A stretch of 63,320 nt of DNA, filler included, from Octopus bimaculoides (GCF_001194135.2; 7 parts of 6 records of this genome joined end to end with filler, not necessarily neighbours in it); one strand, 5' to 3'; shown: positions 11,151 to 24,601, counted from the first letter of the whole stretch. Made by a program: numbers and translations. Notes: generated from the letters alone by a model not told the origin.

Positions 11151-14100
11151 TTCATGCTAAATATGTTGCTCTTAAAAACGGTTTTNNNNNNNNNNGTACA
11201 ACAGAAACAGGAAGAAAGAGTGAGAGAAAGTTGTGGTGAAAGAGTACAACAAGGTTCGCCACCACCTCTTTCCGGAGCCTCGTGGAGCTTTAGGAGTTTT
11301 CGCTCAATAAACACTCACAACGCTCGGGTTCTAGTCTTTCTCATTCGCTCAGATTGCTTTCAATTTTGATGTATCGATGCAACTCTGAATTTTGATTACG
11401 ATCAACCAATTACTTTACCTCGTAAATTGAAGAATCTGATGTTATTTGGAATTAAAGTTGGGAAATTTGAGTAATTTTAGTCAATCAACAGACAGCGTGG
11501 CATTAGCAGCTTGTTACCATAACAATGTTGTGGTTCACTGTTGTCTGTGCCGCTGTAGTCTATGTTGATTTCACCCGCCTGTTATGTTTTAAATTTTCTG
11601 TGTGTTAGTATATTACATATTTTTCTATGTGTTAGTATTTTTCTGTGCTTTTTCTGTGTGTTAGTATTTTTACATATTTTTCTTTTCATGTGTTTTTAGG
11701 TCTCAATGACTCAGATAGCTGGATTTATGATTTCCCTAGATTAATTCTATTCATAAAAATTTAAATTAGGAGTATTTCTTAAACGGTTAGCTTCACATTT
11801 CAACATCTTAACTGAAATTTAGCCCACATAACAGGGACTGAGAGGAATATCGTGGAACAGAGAAACTGTGGGTGATACAGATAATTTGACATTATTTTTT
11901 AATTCTTTCCGCCAAAGTTAACTTTGCCTTTCATCCTTTCGGTGTCGATAAATTAAGTACCAGCTGCGTACTGGGTCGATTTAATCGACTGTCCCCTTCC
12001 CCTAAAATTTTGGGCCTTATGCTTAGAGTAGCAAAGATTATTTTTGAATTCTGCATGCAAAAACGTATGAGATACAGGTATTCTTTTCCTTGGGACAAAT
12101 TCTTTGTTAACCAGTGTTATTCTTATCGTAGTTTACAAATCCAAGCATGAAGACGTTACTCAACTTTGGAGTTTTGGAGACAGACGCCCCCTTTTCACAC
12201 ACACACACACATGCATTTATATATTAACGATGTACATAAATACATGGCAGGTATACATAATACTGAAGTACGCATAAAGTAAATACAAGCAGACAAATAT
12301 ATTAATATAATAGATTTTAAAAATAATAAAAACATACAATCAATGAAGAGACAAAAGAACAGTAAGATGGTACATGTTGATTTTATTAGGTATTTCTGTT
12401 TATTTAGAAACCTACAATGAGCAGGTCAGACGCTAAACTATAAATTTCACAGGGTACACTCTTAAAGTTGATACCGCTCCACTAAACGTAGAAAATTTCT
12501 GTCTCATTATTGGTTAAAAATACGCAGTTTTTTCGATTTTTAAATCTCTGTAACTTTTTTCTCCAATTTTTTTCTCCACAACATCATACCTTCAAAACAA
12601 TGAAACTGGAAGGCTACATTTTTATAGCCGATTTTCAGGTGTTTTACTTCCTTTTAAAAAATGCATATTTTACGAATGGAAAAAACTAGATCCCCTCCAT
12701 TATACTTGTGTATTTTTTATATAGTATTTCAATAGAAATTTTTCTGTTCCTGTCTTTTGTGACAATGTATTGACAATATATTTTTGCACGACGCAAATAT
12801 GTGGAAGAAAGTATGATAAACACAAAATGCAGTTTATATCATGCTTCTAAGCATTTGATCAAGATAAGACAATGCGACAAAATGCTCTCTTGATGAATTG
12901 TTGGTGGTTCAGAATCCGATTGCTCTTGAGATATCCGCTGCAGTGGAAGTGAATACTCACAACGAGATAAACATTGCATTGCTTTTATCATATTTTTCTA
13001 CAACTTCAAATGCAAAACAAAAAATGTTTTATAAATTTCTAGTTAAGTGCTACATCATACTTGTGTGTTCGTGAACGTATACGCGCAGATGTGGCTGTGT
13101 GGTAAGAAGCTTGCTTCTCAACTACATGGTTCCGGGTTCAGTCACACTGCGTGGCGCTTTGGGCAAGTGTCTTCTACTATAGCCTTGGGCCGACCAAAGC
13201 CTTGTGTGTACGTGTTTGTGTGTATGTACGTGTTTGTGTGTGTGTGTTTGTATGTCTGTGTTTGTCCCCCACCATCGCTTGACAGCCGATGTTGGTGTGT
13301 TTATGTCCCCGTAACTTAGCAGTTCGGCAAAAGAGACTGACAGAATAAGTACTAGACTAAGTCCTGGAGTTGATTTCTTCGACTAAAAGCGGTGCTCCAG
13401 CACGGCCGCAGATAACATTTATTTTAGTGCTGTTGACAGTACCGGATTGAATGGTACTGTCCAGGTGTCGAAGCCATAATGATATCCGTGGGGCAGCTGA
13501 TGATGGAGGTACGTTAGATTGTTGGTATGGCAGTGGAATAGTATTATACCACATCCTTTTAATATATATATATATATANNNNNNNNNNNNNNNNNNNNNN
13601 NNNNNNNNNNNNNNNNNNNNNNNNNNNNNNNNNNNNNNNNNNNNNNNNNNNNNNNNNNNNNNNNNNNNNNNNNNNNNNNNNNNNNNNNNNNNNNNNNNNN
13701 NNNNNNNNNNNNNNNNNNNNNNNNNNNNNNNNNNNNNNNNNNNNNNNNNNNNNNNNNNNNNNNNNNNNNNNNNNNNNNNNNNNNNNNNNNNNNNNNNNNN
13801 NNNNNNNNNNNNNNNNNNNNNNNNNNNNNNNNNNNNNNNNNNNNNNNNNNNNNNNNNNNNNNNNNNNNNNNNNNNNNNNNNNNNNNNNNCTTGTGTCTGT
13901 GTTTGTTCCCCCACAATCGCTTGACAAATGATGTTGGTGTGTTTAAGTAACCGTAACTTAGCGGTTCGGTAAAAGAGATCGATAGAATAAGTACTATGCT
14001 TACATAGAATAAGTCCTGCGGTCGATTTCTTCAACTAAAGGCGGCACTCCAGCATGGCCGCAGTCAAATGACTGAAACAAGTAAAAGAAAAAAGGAACAT

Positions 14101-14168
14101 ATATGAAACATCAACCAGAAATTATATCTGCCTTGCATTTCAATCAATTTTTTTTTCTCTTTTTCTAG

Positions 14169-14547
14169 CGTTGGTAGCTGGAATTACACAAGAAGCGATC
14201 GATCAGATAGCCACCAATATGGATATCAAACACGACATATTGAGCAACCTTGATGATGGCTTACGCACCTTTCGAGTACAGTTAACCATTACCAACCGTG
14301 GCGAAACTCCCATTCCAAAAGAAGGTTGGGTGATCTACATCTGTTACATACGTATGATAGAACCGAACCACTTACCAGCCCCTGAAGGAGTTGTGAGAGA
14401 TGATATTAAGTTTACTCATCTTCAGGGCTGCACCTTTGCTCTGGAACCAGCTTCTACTTTTAAAGCGATTCAGCAAAATGAAGTAAAGAAGATCAATTTT
14501 TTAGCAGAAAATTGGATTGTATCTAAAACTGATATAATGCCCAACTG
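14169..14547 (+). CDS. exon of a chitobiase-type beta-hexosaminidase (GH20), CHB_HEX N-terminal carbohydrate-binding domain
   Basis: Long polypyrimidine tract then ctag|CG; 126 open codons LVAGITQEAIDQIATN...LTITNRGETPIPKEGWVIYICYIRMIEP...KFTHLQGCTFALEP...AENWIVSKTDIMPN; ends TG|gtaaat. Pattern W.iY...ir, H..G....l.P, W..s.TD.mPNW recognised as CHB_HEX. Confidence 0.85.
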
Positions 14548-14557
14548 GTAAATTTGC

Positions 14558-14559
<2 letters not shown>

Positions 14560-14600
<41 letters not shown>

Positions 14601-14681
14601 CCTACATGTCTGTCTGTCTGTCTGTCTATTTAGCTATCTGCCTATCTGTCTAACCATCTGTCTATCTATCTATCTATCTGT

Positions 14682-14738
<57 letters not shown>
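14560..14738 (+). repeat. (ATCT)n/(GTCT)n microsatellite directly after the hexosaminidase donor site
   Basis: Seen in sequence; a (GATA)n tract also lies at about 18626-18703. Confidence 0.97.
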
Positions 14739-14875
14739 CATAAACATATGCGCGCACACACACACACACAGAGGCACACACATACATATGCACACACACA
14801 CATACATATATATACACACACATACAAATATATACACATGCATGCATATCTATCACTGCATCTCTCACTCTATGC

Positions 14876-14926
<51 letters not shown>

Positions 14927-15907
14927 TAAGTTACTCTTGTGCATCCCTTAAAATCTTAACCGATTGTACATGAAATACCGTTCATACTTATTCAAAATGT
15001 CCTGTAGAAACTATCATACTTATAGTACACTCTTCAAGCCACCAAGCACTTCTACGTAATATGCACACGCTCTATTTGCATCACTGAAAGTTAATCCAGA
15101 AAGAGATATAATAATTATATTTTAACTTTTAGATACACTAAAGCGAAAAAAAAATGACGAAAATATGCTACTGCAATTACTCAATTCAGCTTCAAATGGA
15201 ACATCATTGAAAGATTTAAGATTTTACAGGAACAAAAATAGAAAATGTGATCTTTGCACAGCTGGAAAAAGAATATTATTCTTTATACCTGTCATTGCCC
15301 TGATCTGTACTTAAATACTAGATCTGATATTTTCAAAAAATGTATACACTTTGACAAGTAATTACTAAGTAACCGGATACTACTGGTACATGCTGATTAA
15401 AAAGATCAACCAACATCCCTGCCCGTTCACTTGTATATTTCCTTTCCCTTTTCTCCATCTACCCTTTAATTAATACATTAGCAAAGATATGAATATATGC
15501 CCATTAATTTTTATTAACAAGAACAGGTTTCTATAATTATACCCTTGTTCTTTTTATCCCTTTTCTCCTTTCACCTTTCCTCTCTTCTCTTTAGCTTGTA
15601 CTATTGCGTTACATTTTGGACTTTAGTTTATTTTAATTATCCATATTTTGTTCCAGTTTTCGTATGTAAATACAAAGGGAAACAACTTTGCTTGTCCAGT
15701 TAGACACATACTCCTGCAAGTGTCGTCGCTCTGTATAAAACTGTATTAGATGAAGTGCTTTGTTTGTTTGTTTTTATTTTCTTTAAAACTATAATGAACA
15801 AATATGTCTAGTATGATGAACGGATTATTAATCATTAATTAAGCATGAAATTCACCGGAACCAACGCATGATTTTTATTGCTTTATATATATAAATGTGT
15901 ATGTGTG

Positions 15908-15945
<38 letters not shown>

Positions 15946-17529
15946 NNNNNNNNNNNNNNNNNNNNNNNNNNNNNNNNNNNNNNNNNNNNNNNNNNNNNNN
16001 NNNNNNNNNNNNNNNNNNNNNNNNNNNNNNNNNNNNNNNNNNNNNNNNNNNNNNNNNNNNNNNNNNNNNNNNNNNNNNNNNNNNNNNNNNNNNNNNNNNN
16101 NNNNNNNNNNNNNNNNNNNNNNNNNNNNNNNNNNNNNNNNNNNNNNNNNNNNNNNNNNNNNNNNNNNNNNNNNNNNNNNNNNNNNNNNNNNNNNNNNNNN
16201 NNNNNNNNNNNNNNNNNNNNNNNNNNNNNNNNNNNNNNNNNNNNNNNNNNNNNNNNNNNNNNNNNNNNNNNNNNNNNNNNNNNNNNNNNNNNNNNNNNNN
16301 NNNNNNNNNNNNNNNNNNNNNNNNNNNNNNNNNNNNNNNNNNNNNNNNNNNNNNNNNNNNNNNNNNNNNNNNNNNNNNNNNNNNNNNNNNNNNNNNNNNN
16401 NNNNNNNNNNNNNNNNNNNNNNNNNNNNNNNNNNNNNNNNNNNNNNNNNNNNNNNNNNNNNNNNNNNNNNNNNNNNNNNNNNNNNNNNNNNNNNNNNNNN
16501 NNNNNNNNNNNNNNNNNNNNNNNNNNNNNNNNNNNNNNNNNNNNNNNNNNNNNNNNNNNNNNNNNNNNNNNNNNNNNNNNNNNNNNNNNNNNNNNNNNNN
16601 NNNNNNNNNNNNNNNNNNNNNNNNNNNNNNNNNNNNNNNNNNNNNNNNNNNNNNNNNNNNNNNNNNNNNNNNNNNNNNNNNNNNNNNNNNNNNNNNNNNN
16701 NNNNNNNNNNNNNNNNNNNNNNNNNNNNNNNNNNNNNNNNNNNNNNNNNNNNNNNNNNNNNNNNNNNNNNNNNNNNNNNNNNNNNNNNNNNNNNNNNNNN
16801 NNNNNNNNNNNNNNNNNNNNNNNNNNNNNNNNNNNNNNNNNNNNNNNNNNNNNNNNNNNNNNNNNNNNNNNNNNNNNNNNNNNNNNNNNNNNNNNNNNNT
16901 ATATATATATATATATATATATGCATGTATGTACATATGTGTGTTTTTGTGTCTGTGTTTGTCCCCACCACCTCCATCGTTTGACAACCGATGTTGGTGT
17001 GTTTGCGTCTCCGTAACCTAGCGGTTAGGCCAAAGAGACCGTTAGAATAAGTACTAGGCTTAAAAAGAGTAAGTTCTAGAGTCGATTTCTTCGATTAAAG
17101 GCGGTGCTCCAGCGTAGCTGTAGTCAGATGACTGAAACAAGTAAAAGAATAAAAGAGAAAATACTCTGTAATGGGGTTGACATCAGGATGGAAACGTTGG
17201 GGCAGACGTGGTCCTCCAATCCGTTAGAGCCCATGGAATTGTCTAACAAATATGCCATCACGGAAAGCAGACGTAAAATGATTATGAATGTAAAACTTTC
17301 TAAGAAAATTTAAACACTGTGTGTAAATACAATATATTATAACTGTTGATGTCTAACAGCAGAACAAGTTATGCACTGTATATAAGTAATAAATTTTATG
17401 TACACTAATGTCAACTTGGATAGGTGCCACACCTTGGTACGATACTCTTGAAGTAAAATAACGCCATAAATCAACTTGCAAATGAATGAACCACTTAAGT
17501 CTGGATGTAAAGCAATATTTTACAGACTC

Positions 17530-17735
17530 GAGCTGGCAGAAACGTTAGCACACCGGGCGAAATGCTTAGCGGTATTTCATCTGTCTTTACGTTCTGAGTT
17601 CAAATTCCGCCGAGGTCGACTTTGCCTTTCATCCTTTCGGAGTCGATAAATTAAGTACCAGTTGTGTACTGGAGTTGATCTAATCGACTGGCACCCGCCT
17701 GCAAAAATTTCGGGTCTTGTGCCTAGAGTAAAAAA
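17530..17735 (+). mobile_element. tRNA-derived SINE, family B
   Basis: gagctggcagaaacgttagc...gagttcaaattccgccgaggtcgactttgcctttcatcc; copies at 51955-52172 (+), 33808-33995 (-), 45400-45600 (-), 22450-22620 (+), 9135-9275 (-). Confidence 0.85.
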
Positions 17736-18237
17736 GAATATTTTACAGACACACACGTACGTACTCGCACACACGCACACACACATAGACAGATGTGTAT
17801 AATACGAGGTGGTATCAAAANNNNNNNNNNNNNNNNNNNNNNNNNNNNNNNNNNNNNNNNNNNNTTAATTAATTAANNNNNNNNNNNNNNNNNNNNNNNN
17901 NNNNNNNNNNNNNNNNNNNNGTCTAATCATATTCGGGGACCGTGCTTGTGAATGTACATGGACTCCGGCTAGTTAAATTTTCTATACTCGGTTAATCCTC
18001 ACTTCGGCAAATCTCGATGTCCTTATAAAAACTGCATCGCGTCGGTAGGAAAGATATAATAAATTAATAAATATCAGAACAGAGATCATCCAAGTTTTAT
18101 CATAGTTAAACATCTTTGTTTGTCTGAGATGTGATTAACTCTATAATAAACCTGGATGTGTAAATCTCTGTTTTCCTGATATTTATTAATTCCTATACAT
18201 ACATACATGTATACATACATACATACATACATACATA

Positions 18238-18272
<35 letters not shown>

Positions 18273-18338
18273 AGTTACTTTTCGTAATTGGATAAAAAAC
18301 CAAGGCTGTGTATATATTAGAAGATTTATAAATAGAAG

Positions 18339-18386
18339 GTCTTACGGCTGTTTCCAGGATATTAATTATATCCCTTCATCGGAGAC
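18339..18386 (-). ncRNA. hammerhead-like motif with variant CCGAUGA core (second copy)
   Basis: Minus strand GTCT-CCGATGA-A-GGGATAT(aatta)ATATCCT-G-GAAA-CAGCCG-TA-AGAC. Confidence 0.42.
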
Positions 18387-18636
18387 GGTGTGAGAGGATG
18401 GTTAAGCAATAGTTGATTTAAATTAAGATAGGAAATAGAGAGTGAATGCCGGGATATTGTATTTGTAAATCCGTTGTTTAGGCAGAATGGTATACATGTA
18501 AGAGTCCAATACCTTGTGAGTAAAATCTTTCAAAAAGTAAACAGAAGCACTACAAGGAACGAACGGAAAATTCACGTAAAAGATATGGACATGTTCTTTC
18601 TTGTTAGTTATCGCTCCCCCAAAATCAGATAGATAA

Positions 18637-18694
<58 letters not shown>

Positions 18695-19461
18695 GGATAG
18701 ATAGAAAAAGACGGGTAATGCGAAAGTGAAATATATGTGTGTATCAACTCAGTCAAACGGCTACTTAACAGATTTTGCATTATCATATTTTTTTTAATTT
18801 TCATGTTTCTTGTTAAATTCAATTTCTATTCGTCTTGTCTTTAGATTTATATTACTTCAATGCTATTTGAACTTGAAGCCCTTCCCTTTACCCTTTCTTA
18901 TCGCCCCCTTGCTATTTAACCTTTACTGAATTAATTGTTTCAAATATAACAACTATTTGCTCAAATCTCCAAAAGATCGCGAGAATGTAACACAAACACA
19001 TTGAGAAAACAAAGCACCTACATACACGAATGAGCACACATATAAACACGAAAACGAACGCTCATAGCAGAACAAAAACAGTTATACATACATACATACA
19101 TATGCAAAGACACAAACTATACACAAATATACATACGTATACACATATACAACCGCACACAAAAATACAAATACACATAACATATAAACTGATATTTCGA
19201 ATAACAGAGACACACATGCACACACAGGATAAAAGGAATTTCCTCACCCACAAATACCCCAAAAAAAGCACCCATATTCACACACATGCACACACACAAA
19301 CATACATATATTAATACGCAATAAAACATAGAAGATATAAAAATACATAATGAACATATATNNNNNNNNNNNNNNNNNNNNNNNNNNNNNNNNNNNNNNN
19401 NNNNNTTAATTAATTAANNNNNNNNNNNNNNNNNNNNNNNNNNNNNNNNNNNNNNNNNNNN

Positions 19462-19545
19462 AGAAGCCTTAAATTGCCTATGAAAACGCTCAACCATTCC
19501 ATTAGAAGCGGGATGGTAGCTGTTGGTGCGTATCAGGAGAGAGAA
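19462..19545 (-). mobile_element. gypsy-type LTR retrotransposon integrase fragment
   Basis: IRTNSYHPASNGMVERFHRQFKAS, the conserved rve integrase C-terminal motif; truncated by a scaffold join. Confidence 0.8.
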
Positions 19546-20229
19546 ATTTAACAGGGCGTCTATTTGAGAGGTACCGTTGGTGGCATTGCTGGGAAAATGC
19601 TGTCATGAATTCGGAGCTGCGAGCGAAAATGAACAAAAGATCCCGTGCAAATGAAGATAAGCCAGTAACTCTTCCATTCTCCGGCCGAGAGAAACGGAGA
19701 GGTGTGAAATATGCTGAACTGGGAGCAAGTAAGCATCAATAGATGTTATGTACTCACTGAAATGTAACTGTGCATTTTACTGCTATTTCCAGCAAGTAGA
19801 GGACGCTATGTAAGAATGAATTGACGTCTCGTGAAACACGTTGGAAATTGCTCAAAAGTTGTCAGAATGAAATAACCGTGAAGTTTTTTGTGTGAAAAAC
19901 CACAAAGGTCTTAGCAGTAAAGAAGTCTTCGGTTATGGGCTTTGTAAGTCGTTGACAAAATGAAAAACTTTAACGTAGAAAAAATTTTCTTAGCTTTTCA
20001 CTTGTGTTTGATGAGAATGTAGAGGCAATCCTGATGTTGAACGTCGCGAAACATACGAATTCAATGGCTGTTGAAATGAGGTCTGTAGATCTTTTTAGCT
20101 CGGGGTACCAATTGTACCATTATTGGTCGCAGTTCAGATTTTCGTGGCTGCAGTCGTTCTTTATTCGGGGTCACCACTTTTAGGAAAGTGGTTATCCGAA
20201 TCACGTCGGGGTCACCAATTATAGGAAAT

Positions 20230-21550
20230 TGGTCATACACCATTAGGTGTATACCCGCTTTCCTATATTAAATTCTAAATAATAACGGAACGCAGAACTC
20301 TGAACTATCAAAACAACAATATTTATTTATGGAGGAAAATAGGCATGGTTGCTGAGACGCCGGAATGTTGTTGTGAGCTGTCCCCAGAGTTGGAATGTCG
20401 GAGAGACAGCTTGATACGACCACGCTCATGTGAGAGAGCTCTGTTGGACCTGTGTTACCTCTTCGCCGGCCGGCGAGAAAAGAGAATGAAAAGAGCGGGA
20501 ACGTTTAGATGTTGAATTCCACGCATGCGCATGAGACTCTTCCCGTGTTCCTTCCGGAACTATTCCCTGCGCATGCGTGGATGAAAACGCAGTAATGCCG
20601 ACTGTATTTTGGCGCCAAATGACGTCACTACACATACATATATGCATACATATACATATATACATTTTTTTTTTCAAATGATTTTAAAAAAACATTTATT
20701 AAACAAATATTTTTCAGGAAGAAAGTAAAAACATTAAAAGTATAAAAATATAAAATTACCGAGAAAAAAAATTCCATAACTACCACAACAAAGGAAACAG
20801 AAAAAGAAAAAAGGATTGATTAAACAGCAGAAGACGGAGACCAAATTGCGAGTTCAGCCGCTCTTCGCGGACATGATCGCAAAGGCGTTGCCGTGGAGAA
20901 TAGCCAGCAACACTCGCTGAAGCAGTCACCCCACCTCGCAGGGATCGTTTTTCAAATTGGTCATCATTATCCCGACTTTAGGGAGGGAATGAGCAGTGTG
21001 GGGCGGTTACCTTCCCCGAGGTCGAGACCTACTGTCTCCAGTTGTGACTTCCTGTCACAACTGGCCCTTTCTAATTATGTCATTCAGTGGCCTCTTCTAA
21101 TTATGTCATCCAGTGGCCCCTTCTAATTCGGCATTTGGGGTCAGTACTTCTTCGAAGACGATAATGTTACAGTTGTAGTGACGTCATTTAGCGCCAAAAT
21201 ACAGTCGCCATTACTGCGTTTTCATCTACACATGCGCAGGGAATAGTTCCGGAAGGAACACGGGAAGAGTCTCATGCGCATGCGTGGAATTCAACATCTA
21301 AACGTTCCCGCTCTTTTCATTCTTTTTCTCGGCCGGCCGACCATGAGCATGGTCGTACCAAGCTGTCTCTCCAACATTCCAACTCTGGGGACAGCTCACA
21401 ACAGCATTCCGGCGTCTCAGCAACCATGCCTATTTTCCTCCATAAATAAATATTGTTGTGTTAATAGTTCAGAGTCAGCGTTACGTTTGTTTATTCAGAA
21501 TTTAATATAGGAAAGCGGGTGTACACCTAATGGTGTATAACCACTTTCCT
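20230..21550. mobile_element. foldback element, about 350-400-bp GC-rich inverted arms
   Basis: 20230-20633 is the reverse complement of 21173-21550 apart from an about 45-bp indel; no coding capacity recognised. Confidence 0.8.
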
Positions 21551-21579
21551 AACCAGTGACTGTGAACTCTGATCGATGC

Positions 21580-22104
21580 TGTGTGACGCTAGAGAATTTT
21601 CTGAAACCCAAATAGAATGAACTTGACGATAGGGACAATGTTTGGTTTCAACAGGATGGGGTAACAGCCCACACTTCTCGACGTACGATAGGGATTTTGA
21701 GAGAGATGTTCCCCGGTCATTTGACCTCATTGCGTGGTGACATCAGTTAGCCCACCCGATCACCTGATTTGAACCTATACGATTTTTTTTCTGTGAGGAT
21801 ACCTGAAATCAGAGATATACACTGATCGCCCTCAATCTATTGAACAATTAAAAGATGCCATTCGTCAAGAAATTGCTGCCATTCCACATGAAATGACACG
21901 TCGAGTTATGGACAACTTTCGCGAACGCCTTTCGATAGTGTGTGGACAGTAACAGCACCCACTTGACTGATTTAATTTTTAAAACCAAGTAAAACAAAAT
22001 GGCATTATATGTACATTTCGAAAATAAAATCACATTTTTCATTCTTTACTGTATTTTGCTTTTATTAAACGTACAAATGCGTCGGATCATTTTGCCGCAC
22101 CCTG
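21580..22104 (+). mobile_element. Tc1/mariner-superfamily transposase 3-prime remnant with terminal repeat
   Basis: VWFQQDGVTAHT...RSPDLNLYDFFL*GYLKSEIY; ends CACCCTG followed by TA at 22105-22106. Confidence 0.88.
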
Positions 22105-23594
22105 TACTTTCGTGGGGAGGAGAGCTTACTCAGGGCAAGAAGAGTAATGATCATGACCACCGAAATTGTTGGGGATGAAGCCAGAGATCTTGTCCGAATG
22201 CTCACGACAGAGTAGAATCCACTAAAGTCACTTAAGAACCAGGTGGTGGTGTTAAACAAGGCCCTAGTTTAACCCCCCCCCCTCCCACCTATAAATTAAT
22301 TCTAAAATGGCTCGGTACCGTTTACTGTAAAAGAAAGTAAAATAGGATAGGAAGAGTTCAACGATGTGAATAGCGTAAAACTTATAGCGTATGTCATTGA
22401 CTTTAAGGTATTGATTTCAATTCCTCATACAGGAAAGGTTGAAACCCTAAAGCGGCGAGTTGGTAGAATCGTTAGCACGCTCGACAAAATGCATAGTGGC
22501 ATTTCTTCCGGTTTTACGTTCTAAGCTCAAATTCCGCCATGATCGACTTCGCCTTTCTTGCATTTCGGGATCGATAAAATAAAGTACCAATCAAGTAGAG
22601 GGGGGTCGATATAAATCGACAAGCCACCAAGCTTCCCCTTAACAATCACTTACGCTATGCCAAAATTATAACTAATTATCTCTAGTAATGAAACGATTAT
22701 GTCCAGCAAAGTGGGACAATGGGGGACAGTTTCCGTTAAAACGGTGGACAAAATACTTAGTCCTATTTATTTTCGCTTCAGCGTGGGGTGACAACTGTTA
22801 CATTCGAAAATAGAAATAAGGTACTGCTTTTGTGTCAGAATGAGTTCTCTCCCCTGATGCCAATGCCCACATTATATCCGATGGAAACGTTTTATCTAGC
22901 AAAGTATTGAAGTCGATAAAATTGACAAAGAAAACCATTGAAAGCGGTGCTATAGCTTGGGATAAGTCCAGTGAATAACACTTGTAAAAGAATTATAAAT
23001 TTGATTCAATTTTTGGATCAGAAAAATTTAAGAAATAACAAAAGTGGCGAATGATACTTGATAATCAAGTGGAAATCACAATTTGGGGTTGGGGTGACAA
23101 TAACAATGATTTATATGCTTCAGTTTGCTTTCCCCCTTATGTCATACATTATTACGCAGATAATTTACAAGCAAACCGAGAACTAATCACTACACACGTC
23201 ATTCATATCAATTGTAACATGATTTCGATACAAATGCTTCTCTATACAAAAGACAGGGAAAAGAAGCTAACAGTCAATTGCTCTAAACATCATTTCTTTT
23301 CCATGACCTAATATCACTAAGCTGATAATGATGAACAAATAGTCTCCACTCACTTTTAACATGTTTCCTTATTATTGCTAAACAAATATCCTGACTAATC
23401 TAATTGGATTTTAATTTTGTTGTTAGCCAGTTGTAAAAAGTATAAAGTATTGGATTTCCCTTTATTGCTTTGATATTATACTGTCAACGATTTAACAAAT
23501 CTTACTAATTGTGTTTCCTAGGTTATAGACAACCACAGCAACAGCAACAACCACTATTATTACCACTACTACTACTACAGTTGCAACAGCAGTG

Positions 23595-23627
<33 letters not shown>

Positions 23628-24272
23628 ATAATTAGTCATTTTCTCTGCATACACAAAAGCAAGCTATTTGGAAAAGAAGTATGAACACTGAAAGAAAATA
23701 ATTATATTGATTGAAGAAAATAAAACTTAATGCTATTTGTTGAATACAGAACTTGTAGGACAATCTGAATGCAAGTGACAAAGTGATTAATCACAAGACA
23801 CATCGACAAGTGTATGCAAAAGAGATGACTGTGTTGGCACCAGTAAATAACAGAGAGTCGTTGTAGTAATTTTAAACATGGGGTGGCAGGGTATCGTCTT
23901 GGTTACATATTACTGTAAGCGTAATAATGGAACATGTCAGTTCAATTTTCATTTCAAGTTGTCGAAATAGCTCGTGTAAGCAGAGTTTCTCAAGACTAAA
24001 TATGTACGGATATGACATCGTATACTTATTTATTCATAACCTACGTTGTGTGCGGCGAACTGAAAGAGTTGTTAAGATGTAGGATAGAATGTCTTGCGGT
24101 ATTCACTTCGGCTCTCTGTGTACTCAGTTCACTTATAATGATAAACTACAAACGCACGAACGATGTCATAAATAACAGTCTCTTTCGCCGGACCGTTAAG
24201 TTACAGGGACGTAACCACTCAACACCGGTTGTCAAGCAATGATGGGGGACAAAGACATGCACACACACAAAC

Positions 24273-24307
<35 letters not shown>

Positions 24308-24335
24308 NNNNNNNNNNNNNNNNATATATATACAC

Positions 24336-24601
24336 GGTAATCTTCAAGTTTAGGAGGATAAAAAAATAAATAAAAATATTCAAGGGAAGTAACTGAACGT
24401 CTTACCAGTATTCTCCGTACATCTCTGTTTATAAATAAATCACACACGTGATTTGATTGACGTTAGGGTTAGGGTTAGGATTAGGGTGTGATTTATTTAT
24501 AAACAGCTAGAAGAAAACGGATAATACTGGTAAGTCGTTCAGTTATTTCCCTTGAATATTTTTATTCATTTTTTTTTATCCCCCTAAACTTGAAGATTAC
24601 C
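24336..24601. mobile_element. MITE-like hairpin with TTAGGG repeats in the loop
   Basis: About 110-bp inverted arms (ggtaatcttcaagtttagg.../...cctaaacttgaagattacc); loop 24446-24485. Confidence 0.8.

Noticed and set aside
11525-11603. Possible signal-peptide exon for the hexosaminidase (MLWFTVVCAAVVY...; donor T|gttagt, phase 1)
   Set aside because: Phase fits, but the donor is one of three repeated tgtgttagta motifs and the joined peptide has charged residues in the hydrophobic core; not supportable without transcripts.
15875-17021. Long ORFs of 300-370 aa in the ORF track (also 13357-14034, 49199-50128, 62424-63035)
   Set aside because: Made almost entirely of N-gap codons and microsatellite translations.
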